NCBI GenBank assembly: GCA_001643675.2
Contig: LSRY02000026.1
Span: 558,001-622,000 of the forward strand
Reading direction: 5' to 3'
DNA length: 64,000 nt
DNA from: Monocercomonoides exilis PA203
Lineage: Eukaryota; Protista; Preaxostyla
Shown here in pieces: positions 37,901 to 48,455 of the stretch. Position 1 is the stretch's first letter. Every line of letters begins with the position of its first letter. Position numbers and translations under genes: made by a program. Below the pieces are notes generated by a model. It worked only from the letters and a program-made list of their open reading frames with translations, was not told the origin of the DNA and made no database searches.

Positions 37901-38557
37901 GATGTACTTTGAATGATATAAAAAAAATTCATTCTGTTCGTAATAAATTCATGATGAAAAAATTTCAATCGCTATTCAAACAGGAAACAATCGGTGAAAG
38001 CAAACTTTCTTCTTTTTCACACTTTTTGAAAATGTTATTATCTCAATCCTAACTTCTTTCCAATTTCAAAAAAAAGAGTGCAATAAGTCACGACAACAAA
38101 CCCAATGATCGTTTTTGTATTTGAGAAGACAAGCAAACATTTTGTTTCTTTTTGATCGAACCAACAAAATGAATAATTGTTGTCTTATATTCTTTATTAT
38201 TCAAAATATTAGTCTGTCAAGACTTTTCATAATTTTTTCTCATGATTATTTTAAACTCTGAGTGACATGAACAAGAAAATTTTTTACGTCCTTCACCAAT
38301 TTTCCAAATATTTTAAAAAAAAAGAGAGAGAGAGAGAAAGAAAGAAAAATAAATAAATAAAAAATCATATTCCAAACTATATTTTTCATAACAACAAATT
38401 GAATGATGAAAGAATAAAAAATCACATTCAAAAAGTTTTATTGATATCAAAACACAAGCGTTTTGATAACAGAGAAAACATTTATTTCACTTCCTTCTCT
38501 TATATTTTTGAAAGCGCCACGTTATGGGTCAGTCACGATCGCTGATCAAAAGATAAC

Positions 38558-39400
38558 ATGTCGACCATCTTCGTGGGAACCGGACTCGCGACCGAACCTT
38601 GCGCAGCTCCGCTGACTGGTGGTTCTCCGAGTGCAATTCCCGCAATAGCAGGGAGTTATTCCGCTTCCCAATCAAGCGTTCAGTCGGAGCTTGATGGCCG
38701 GATAGATCCAACGCGAAGTGAAGAAGACAAAGGAGGATTTTCTATACAACAAACATTTATCAAAATATTTGGACAGCCACCAGAGGTTTCACTTTACGAT
38801 ATGCATCTTCCAGAAAATAAAATCAACGAAGCGCTTTCACTTATGAAAAATGAAGATTTGAGTCCTTTTATTCAGAATGCTCCACCACCATTTACAAAAT
38901 CCAAAGTATTTTGGAAAGACGCGCTCGATCGTGCAGGAGAACGTACAGAAACATATCTTTACCCGGCAATAAAGTTACTTATCTCGGCATGCTCAACAAT
39001 CAAGTCGGGAGATACAACAAAAGAAATGATAGCAGATTCATGTTTGCTTTTAGCCCAGGCACTGAAAGAAGCCAGACACGTAAAAATACAAGCAAGATAT
39101 GGGTTTTCCGAAGCAGAAAAAATGAAAGACGAATTTTCATCATCGCTGTTAACTCAGAGGCAAAAAGATATTTTAGAAGAATCAAAGAAAACATCCACAA
39201 AATTGAGATGGGGATCGGCAAGTATTACAAATTCATATGCAAGGAAGAAACAAATCAGGGGAATGCAAAGCGGAACAAAGAATTATCGGTTTTTACGAGA
39301 TTTGCCCCGGACGACCAGCACAAAACGATCATTCATTACAAGCAGCGCTCCAAGAGGTTACTCAAGAGGGAGTTCCGGGGACAAAGCAAAATCTCAATAG
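38558..39400 (+). CDS. DIRS copy 2 ORF1 (gag-like), 280 aa
   Basis: Open ORF directly after the left ITR; homologous to copy 1. Confidence 0.85.
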   Translation: MSTIFVGTGLATEPCAAPLTGGSPSAIPAIAGSYSASQSSVQSELDGRIDPTRSEEDKGGFSIQQTFIKIFGQPPEVSLYDMHLPENKINEALSLMKNEDLSPFIQNAPPPFTKSKVFWKDALDRAGERTETYLYPAIKLLISACSTIKSGDTTKEMIADSCLLLAQALKEARHVKIQARYGFSEAEKMKDEFSSSLLTQRQKDILEESKKTSTKLRWGSASITNSYARKKQIRGMQSGTKNYRFLRDLPRTTSTKRSFITSSAPRGYSRGSSGDKAKSQ

Positions 39401-41307
39401 AACACAACTTAACAATTGGTGGAAGAACTGCATTATTTGCAAAGGCTTGGAAGATAGTTGGAGGAGAAACGATGATCAGAAGAGGAGTTGTTCCAGTTTG
39501 GAGGAGTGCAAAAGCTCGCAAAACCCTTATCAACTCTCAGGAAAATTGCAGGAGACCGGAGCAATCACAAGAAGCAAGGGAAGCCTTGGCAGAGTTAATC
39601 AAAGTTCAAGTGAAAACTGGAATCCTCAGGAAAATCACCAAAAACCAAGTGAAATTTCTCAATCCAATATTTGTAGTCAGGAAAAGGAACGGGAGCTGGA
39701 GACAGATTGTGGATTGCAGGAAGTTAAACAACGCGATAAAAACTATCCACTTCAAACAAGAGTATCATCGATCTGTGGAGAGTATAATAAAGAAGGTGGA
39801 TTTCGCAGTCACACTGGATTTAAGCCAAGCGTATTATCTCATCAAGGTTTACGAGGATTACACTCCTTTTCTAAACTTCGAATTCAACAAAGAATTTTAT
39901 TGCTTCACCAGCATGCCTTTCGGTAACAAGGACTCCCCAAGAATATTCACAAAAATTATGAGAAAAGTCATTGCTTTCATTCGGGAAAGATGGAAGGTGA
40001 AAGCTGTCGCATATTTGGACGACGTTGTCTTGCTACACCAAGACAAGCAAGAACTAAAGAGAATCGCACAAGAAGTTATAAGTCTATTTTAGAAGCTCGG
40101 ACTTATTGTAAATCTGGAAAAGAGTCGCATAGGACCATCAAATCGTTTTTCATTCCTCGGATATTCATGGGACACTTCCAACTTCACCGTAACTTTGGAG
40201 AAAGACAGAAAGAAAGAATTGCTCACGGAATGCTACAGATGGAGGCGCCGAGCACTGAAATGCAAGCAAACAAGAGTGAGAGATTTCGCGTCGTACATTG
40301 GCAAGCTAAGTGCAACTCGCTTCGTTTTCAAGGAAGCTTCACTCCTTCTTCCATCGATGTACATGCTGCTGAACAGAATGGTCAGAAAAGTAGGGTGGAA
40401 AGGAAGGATGAGAATCAACCCGTCAATCCTTCCGAGCATTCAAAAATGGATATCGAGACTGAATACGAACAAACAGAGACAGCTTTACCCAATATTCCAA
40501 CCACAAGCAACCTTGACGACAGATGCATCAGAGAGAGCCGTGGGAGCTGTTCTACTAATGAACAACAAAAACTACGATTTCCATCAATCGCTTCCAGGGA
40601 AGATGAAAGGCCAGAGCTCGAATTTTAGGGAATTATATGCAATCAATCGAGCACTCAACCATTTCAGACACATTCTTCTGGTGAACAAAGTCTGCAGCTT
40701 GCTAATCAGATCGTACAATACAACAGCGGTTTTCGATGTCAATCGATGGAATGCAGGAACAAATCTCAGGAAGTTGCTGATGAGAATATGGACATTTGTT
40801 CAGAACAGTCACATTCAGATAAAAGCCCAACACTTGCCAGGGATGAAGAATGTCAGAGCAGATGCTCTATCCAGGCTAGAAAGAGGGGGAGATTACTCCA
40901 TAAAACAAGAAGAGCTAAACGAGATCACGGAAAACCTCAATCTCAAAATAACAATGGATGCGTTCGCGACGAGGGAGAATACGAAAGCGGATCGATGGTG
41001 CGGTCCAGGAAGCACACTCAACGAAGACGGACTCCAGCAATCATGGCAAAGAGGCGTTATTTTAGCCCATCCGCCGATTCCACTTATAGTCCCAACGATT
41101 GTGAAATCAATGGAGGAAAAGGCACATGTTCTTCTTCTGATGCCAGATTGGAGAGGGCAGATATGGGAACCACTGATAAGAATGTCGAGACACTGCGAAT
41201 GGAGATGGAAAGAACAGAATCAGGTTTTGAAGGAAGGAAGATGGATGAAACGGATGGAAGCAAGTCTACCGCCAGGCAGAATGAGAATCGTCCTTATCAA
41301 TCTTTGA
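39290..41307 (+). pseudogene. DIRS copy 2 ORF2: RT + RNase H + MTase-like domain; single TAG at 40090-40092
   Basis: ORFs 38911..40092 and 40195..41307 share a frame; YLDD, SFLG, TDAS, RELYAI, NVRADALSR, MDAFA, HPPIPLI. Confidence 0.9.
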
Positions 41308-42610
41308 ATCGCAAGGAGAAAAATGGTTTCGGAAAATGCTTGTTTCAATGGGATTTTCCGAGAGACTGATCGATGAATGCAAAAATAGCGTTGCTGAAAA
41401 CACATGGAAAGGATATTCATATAGCCATGCGCGTTTCTGTGAAATATGGGAAGATAAAAGAAATGGAGATCCACCGGAAGCTTGGAGTGAGTGGGTTGAA
41501 AAATGTGCTCACATCTTCATAAGCCTGAAGGACAAAGGGACGAAGGCTTCGACGCTCAAACAAACAAGTGCAGCATTAACGCTAATCTCAGAATCACTGT
41601 GCAAAAGAAGCCTTGGAGAATTTGCACTCATTCAAAGACTATTAAAATCATTCCGGAGATCAGAAAATAGGAAGAAAAAAGACAAACCAGACATTTGGAA
41701 CCCCCAACTCCTGCTGCAAAAAATAACATCATTAGGAGAGAACAGAAATCTCGATTTTCACGAACTGACAAAAAAGGCCATTTGCACATGTATGTTGTTT
41801 TCCGCCTGTCGCTTTACGGAGCTGGAAAGGATAAATCTTCAGCATTCAACAATCGGAGATGATTCAATAAAACTCGATTCATCATTAAAAACATCAACAG
41901 AACGGACAGATATTATCATCCCGTTTATAAAAGAACAGCCGCTTGTGTGTCCAGCAGCTTCAGTTAAAAAACTTTGGAACAGAATCAAGGAGTCTCATCC
42001 AAATGCAACTTCACTATTTATAGATGAAACAACACATCTTGCCCTCTCTGCAAGAAGGATTCGTAATTATGCAGCTGAAATGTTACAGGATGCTGGGGTT
42101 CCGAAGTGTTTCGGGCCTTACTCATTGAAGCATGCATCTATCACTGCGCTTACGATGGCAGGAATTCCCTTATCTCAAATTGCGAAGTTTGCCAGACTCT
42201 CTCCAAGAAGCAATACAATCACAAAGCATTACGTTCAAACAGATGTGTCAAGCAAGCTGGCCCACGTGATAGCATGATGCAATTCAACTATTCTCCAACC
42301 TGAAGAAAGTGCACCTGAGTCAGAGTCCGCTTCAGATTCTGAGGCGGAATCCGATTCCGAAACAAATGCCAGTTCAAAATCAGAAGATCAAACACCAACA
42401 AAGGAAAGATGTGAAAACGGAAATCAAAAACAACAAGCAATATTTGCATTCCCAGATAAAGTTGAGGAACCAGAGGACAACGAAGAAAACAATGCTGCAC
42501 AGGCAGTTATCAGCGAGGCTAAGATTGAATTCATTATCCGCACAAGATCTCAAATGAGAAAAGAATTGGAAAGGAAACAACACGAAGAAAAGAATATTAG
42601 TTCAAGCTAA
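41300..42610 (+). pseudogene. DIRS copy 2 tyrosine recombinase (core ORF 41336..42277; frameshifts near 41317 and 42275)
   Basis: SACRFTEL, LKT, CPAASV, YSLKHAS, ITKHY; tail EFIIRTRSQ ends at 42610. Confidence 0.9.
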
Positions 42611-42641
42611 TTAATATAATCAAACCTTCCCAATTATCCAT

Positions 42642-42747
42642 GCTCTCAAAAATATAAGAGAAGGAAGTGAAATAAATGTTTTCTCTGTAATCAAAACGCT
42701 TGTGTTTTGATTGAAAGAGAAAATGGTTATTTCACTTCCTTCTCTTA
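42642..42747 (+). promoter_or_regulatory. DIRS internal complementary region (ICR)
   Basis: 42642-42711 is the reverse complement of the left end (38446-38515); 42712-42747 is the reverse complement of the right end (43051-43086). Confidence 0.92.
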
Positions 42748-43234
42748 CTCCCTCCACAACTCAGACATCCCATCCCCTTATGAATTCGTCATTGCTGAAT
42801 AACAATGAGGGAAAAATTCAACACTTATTATACCTTCTCTTTATAGTTTATATTTAAAATATTCAATTTAATTGAATTGTATCTTTCTTGTTTCAAACAT
42901 GTGTTTTCAATGCATTTGTAATAATAATTTTCAACTTGCCAAGTATCAATTCACTTTTAATATTTCCCATTTGCACATTTGTGTTCCATTTCATAAAGTG
43001 CCATTTGATCAGCTGTGTGACTGACCCATAACGTGGCGCTCTCAAAAATATAAGAGAAGGAAGTGAAATAACCATTTTCTCTTTCAATCAAATACTCAAA
43101 TCTTGTTTGAATTTTTATTCTAACGCGTGCTCAAAAAATGCAACGTTTCACTCAATTTAAATATTAATTTAAGCATTTTTGAATCAAAAAAATTGCTTTA
43201 AAAATTTCCAGAATCATAACTCGGAACAGCAAAA

Positions 43235-46200
43235 ATGTCTTTTCTTGATTTTATGAAAAAAGGCAAGAAGAAAGAAATTGACGAGAGCTCCGAGCTGACG
43301 CCACACGAGCAGATTGATAAATTGAAAAGTGAATTGGCAATCTCCAAGGAAAATGAGAAAAAACTGACAAAAGATTTTTTTCATTTGACTTTTGGATACT
43401 GATTTAACAATTCACACAATTTTTTTTGTAATGTGCACCATCTCCATTTTTGTAACATTATCAGACATTGACAGGCTTAACCAACGTATTGAGCGTTTGG
43501 ATAAAGACTTACACCAAGAAAAAGAAAAGGCTAAAATCTCAAAATCTGGTTTATCATCTTCTCAGGCCTCAAAGGCAAATGAGTCTCACGAAAGTGCTAT
43601 TTCTACTCTCAAAGAGGAACATGAAGAAAAGGTTATCTTTTTATTTACTGTTGAGTGAATATTTGAAACAAATAAATATTTAGTTACGCGCACTGCAAAC
43701 GAGCATAACAACTCTTTCAGATTATAATCTTGAACTTCAAGCAGAATTGAAAAAACTAAAGGTGTTACAATTTTATAGTCTTTTATATCAAAAAATATAT
43801 TTATATTTATATTTTTTTATAAACTTTTATTTTCTATTTTGCGATAAGGCTGAAAAGAATGTCGAAGGAGAAGACGGTCAGAAAGAATCAAGCGATAATT
43901 CTTTAAAGGGAGAAGATGGTTTGAACTCATCGAAGTGCTTGCTTATAATATTGATTGTTATCAATATTTTTTTTCACATTCATTATTTAAGATATTTCTC
44001 GTTTGAGACAAGAAAACGAGGACTTGAGAAAACAATTAGAAGAGCTGAAAGGAAAAGATGAAGAAGTTACAGAAGTTGTGATTGACAGCGTTGCAAAGGA
44101 AGAATATGTTCGCATTAAATTATTGAACAATATTTCATTTTATTTAAAAAAAAAAATAAAATCAATATAATTTTCATTCTATTTAATTTAATTTATTTTA
44201 TTTTATTTTTATTCTCACCATCCACCACCCAAACAATCACTGAATATTTCAGGAAGCGCTGAAGAAAAGTCTGAGTGACGTGAAGAAAGAGAGAGACAGG
44301 GCTATTGCAGCAGCAGAGGAAGAGACGAAGCAGATAGAGATGATGCGGGAGCAGAACGAGATGCTGAAGAAGATGATGAGAGAGGAAGATGAGAGGAGGC
44401 AGAAGGAGGATGAGGCGAAGGAGAAGGAGAAAGAGGAGATGGAGCGGGACAACGACGAAATGGTGGCAGAGCTGGAGAAGGTGGTGGCGAAGAACGAGAA
44501 GCTGAAGGAGGAGAAGAAGAAGATGAATGAAGAGCTGAAGAAGATGGCGGAGTCTGTGGGAGTGCTGGAGGAAGAGAAGAGAAAGACGGAAGAGGAGAAG
44601 AAGAAGCTGGAGGCAGAGAAAGAGCATAAAGCAGAAGAAATGGCGACGTTCAAAGCAGAAATGATGAATATGATGGCGGCGGAGAAGGAGATGACGATGG
44701 AGGCGCAGAAGAAGCTGGAGGAGGAAGTGGAGGCGCTGAAGAAGGAGAAGGAGGAGAGAGAGAAAGAGAAAGAGGAGAAAGAGAAAGAGAAGGAAGAGAA
44801 AGAGAAAGAAAAAGAAAAAGATTTGTTGAATGAAGAACAAGACAAAGAAAAGAATGAGCCGAAGCTGTCACAGGATCAACAGCATAAGGAGCTGAAAGAA
44901 GAGAACGAGAAAATGAAGCAAGAAATCAGCGAAATCAAAGCAGAAAACGAGAAATTAAAAGAAAATGCAGATAAAATGAGGAATGAATTGGATTCTTCAG
45001 TTGCGGGAAGGGAAGAAATGGAAAAGGAAATGCTGCAATTGAAGAAAGAAAAAGAGGAAGAGAAGAAAATGTTTGAAGCAATTGAAATTGAGAAGGCTGC
45101 GTTGGAAGAAGCGAAGAAGCAAGCAGAAGAAGGTTTGAGCAGTTTGAAGAAGGAGAAAGAAGAAGAAACGGAGAAAGTGAAAGAGGAAATGAGAGAGGAA
45201 AAGAAGAAGATGGAAGAAGAAATGAAGCAACTTCAAGTGAATTTGCAGAGTTTGAGCGAAGAAAAGAGCAAAATGGAAGGGGAAATGAAGGAGAAAGAAG
45301 AGAAAATCGAACAAGTTCAGAAGGAAAATGTGAAACTTGCAGAAGAAGCGGAAGAAACGAAGAACGCGGAGAAGGAGGCAAAGAGAGAAAAAGAAGAGGA
45401 AATCAAAGATTTGAAAGGAGAAATCGAAAGAATTTCAGAGCAGAACGCAAAGGAAATAAAGGAAAAAGAGGCAGAGATCGCAAAATTAGCAGAAATGACA
45501 GCAGAATTAGGGAAAAACAGCCAAATTTCAGAGCAAAATGAGCAAAAGCACAAAGAAGAAGCGAGAAAACTGCAAGAAGAGAACAAAACGCTCAAGGAAA
45601 CTGTGTTAAGAAAGGAGGAAGAAGTCAACAATGCGAAAGAAGAGGCAGCGAAGGAAGCAGAGAAATCGAATGCGAAACAAGAAGAAGTGCAAAGATTGAT
45701 GAAAGAGGCAGAGCAGATGGAAGAGCAGCTGAACGAGGCGATTCAGAAAGCAGCAAAGCAGAGCGAAGAGAAAGACAATCAAATAAACAAGCTGATTACA
45801 GAGCTGAATGAAAAAAGCGAGCAATTGACAGGAAAAGAAGAGGAAAATGGCAAAATGAAAGAGGCAATGCAGAAGATGACGAGTGAAATGGCAGCGATTC
45901 CGCAGCTGAAGAAGCAGATGGAAGAGCAAAAAACAGAATTGAATGGGAAAATGAGTGAAATTCAGATGCAGTTGGAGAAAACGAGAAAGGAGAAAGAGGA
46001 AGAGCAGAAGAGCAACCAGAAGAAGATGGAGAAGATGACACAGGAAATGGAAGCAGCAGCAGAAGCAAGCAAGAAAGAGGTGGATGTGCTGAAGAAGGAG
46101 AAGCAGCAGCTGGCAGAAGGGCTGAGCGAGGAGAAGGCGAACAGGGAGAAAGAGATGAAGAGAGAGAGGGCGATTTGGAAGGAGAAGGAGGAAAGTCTTT

Positions 46201-48455
46201 CGAAAGAGCTGGAGGAGATGAGGATTGCAATGATGGTGAAGCCAGCTGGAAGAGTTGGAATGACAGCAATCAATGAAATGCCTGGGGAAAAAGAAGGAGA
46301 GAAGGAGAAGGAGAAGGAGAAAGTGAAAGTGAATGAAGATGCAGAAGAAGAGGAAGAAAGGGACCTTTCGAAGGCAGCAGCAGCGGCAGCAGAGCTTTTG
46401 GAGAAAGAACAGCAAATTAAACAGCTTTTGGTGATTATTGAGACGAAAGAGAAGAGAATGAAGGAGATGGAAGAGGAAAGAGAAGCAGAAAGAAAAGAGG
46501 CGAAGGAAGAAGTTGAAGCACAAAAACGCAAACATGAAGAAGAGTTGGAAGCGATGAAGAAGGAGAAAGAGGAAGAGAGGGCAAAAGAAGCAGAGAAGGA
46601 GAGGGCGAAGTTCGAAGAGCAGGAAAAGAGCAGAGCGAAAGAGGCAGCAACGAAAGATGAGTTTATTGCGGAATTGGAGCAGAAAATGGCGAAGAAGAGC
46701 GAAGAGATGGAAGCAGCGCTTGCAGAAGAGGAGAAGAAGAAGAAAGAGATGAATGAAAAAAACGAAGCAGTTTTATTAGAAAAAGCGCAAATGATAGAAA
46801 AACTGGAAAAGGAGCAAGAAGCAGCGAAGAAAGAGGCAGCGAAGAGAGTGAGAGAGAAAGAAGAGGCGCTGAGGCAGAGCCAGGCAGAGCTTGGGCGGGT
46901 GAGAGGGCAGCTGACACAAGAAAAGGAAGCAGCCGAAAGGAAATTGAAGGAGACGAGCGAAAGATTGGAAGGGGAGAGGAAGAGGTTTGAGGAAGAGAGG
47001 AAGAAAGGAGAAGAAGAGAAGAAGAAGATGGCAGAGCAAAAGAAGAACATGAAGAAGGAGATGGAGCAGAAGATGGAGGAGATGCAGAAATTGAGTGTGG
47101 AACTTGGAGGACTGCAGCAAATGACGAAGGCGAAAGAAGAGGAAGAAGAAAGAATGAAAAAGGAGCTGGCGAAGAAAGGGGATGAAATCGAAGTTTTGTC
47201 GAATAAAAATGCAGATATTTTGAAAGAGAAAGAAAATTAGAAGGAAAACATGACTAAATTAACAGAAGAATTGGGAGAAGTACAAAAGACAAAGGAAAAC
47301 ATTGAAAAAGAACTGGAAGAGGCAAAAATGGAGAGGGAGAAGGAGAAAGAGCGCAATAAGAAGAGCATTGAAGAGGTGATGAAGGAGAAAGAAGTGGTTA
47401 CTTTGAGTCTGAAGCAGATGACGATGCAAAATGAAGAGGCAGAGAAGAGAAAAGGAGAAGCGAAGGAGAAAGAAGAGATGCTTGTGAAGGAGAAAGAGGA
47501 AAAAGGCAATGAAATCAAAGAACTTCAATCAAAAATTGAGAGCTTGCAGGCAGAAGCAGAGGAAGTGAAGAAGGAGAAAGAGCAAATTTTGAGAGAGAAA
47601 GAAGAAGTGGAAAAGGAGAAAGAAGCAATTTTGGCATCAAATAAGCAATTTATGAGTGAAATTGAAGGATTTAAGAAAGAGAAAAAGGAAGCAGAAGAAA
47701 GAAGTGCGAAAGAGGAGAACGAGAAGAGGAAGAGTGCGAAGGAAAGAGAGCTGCTGAAGAAAGAGAGGGATGAATTGAGGAAGAAAGAGGAAGAAAATGG
47801 CAAAGCTGCTGAAGAACTGCGAGTGAAGATGGAGGAGATGGAGAAGGAGAACGCGGGGTTGAAGGAGGAGGCGAAGAAGCTGAAAGAAGAGGTGGAAGCG
47901 AAAAAGAAGGAGAACAAGGACATTTTGCTGAAGGATGAAGAGGTGACGACGAAGTTGGAGGCGCTGGAGCAGATGAAAGTGCAGTTTGCGCTGTCGATTG
48001 AGCAGAAAGAGGAAGAAAACGAGGCGATTTCGAAGAAAGCAGCAGAAATGGAGCAGAGATTGAAGGAGAAAGAGGAAGAAGTGAAGAAAGTGACGATGGA
48101 GAAGGAAGCGATGGAGAGCGATTTGGAGAGGGAGAGGGAAGAGAAGAAAGGGATGGTGGAGGAGAAAGAAGGGCTTTTGGCACAGTTGGACGAGGCGCTG
48201 ATGACGAAGGAGAAAGTGGCGAGGGAGAAAGACGAGGAGATGGCAGTGAAGATGAATGAATTAGAGAATGAGAGGAAGATGAAAGAGATGCAAGGGAAAG
48301 AGCTGGGCGAATTGAAGGGGCAGGTGCAGAAGCAGAAAGAAGAGAATGAGAAGCTGAGAAAGACGCTGGAGAAGGAGAAGAGCGCGAGGAAAGAGGAGAA
48401 CGAGAGGAGGAAGAAGGAGAAGGAGAATGAGGAGATGATGGAAGAGGAAAATTAG
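43235..48455 (+). pseudogene. Coiled-coil gene copy 2, 3'-truncated. Exons 43235-43373, 43465-43631, 43684-43761, 43849-43918, 43992-44107, 44253-48455
   Basis: 44268-48446 is near-identical to 1-4227. Upstream exons join in frame (MSFLDFMKKG...). Intron 1 starts AT instead of GT. In-frame TAG at 47238-47240. Confidence 0.75.

Larger units (their letters stand above)
38446..43092 (+). mobile_element. DIRS-type retrotransposon, copy 2 (structurally complete, few lesions)
   Basis: Left ITR 38446-38550, gag, RT-RH-MT, YR, ICR 42642-42747, right ITR 43004-43092. Confidence 0.95.

Noticed and set aside
38446-43092. Prokaryotic retron, DGR or prophage (RT + integrase + methylase)
   Set aside because: Gag-RT-RH-MT-YR order with ITR/ICR is the DIRS layout. 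Differences between the surface genes are not adenine-specific and no template/variable repeat pair was seen.
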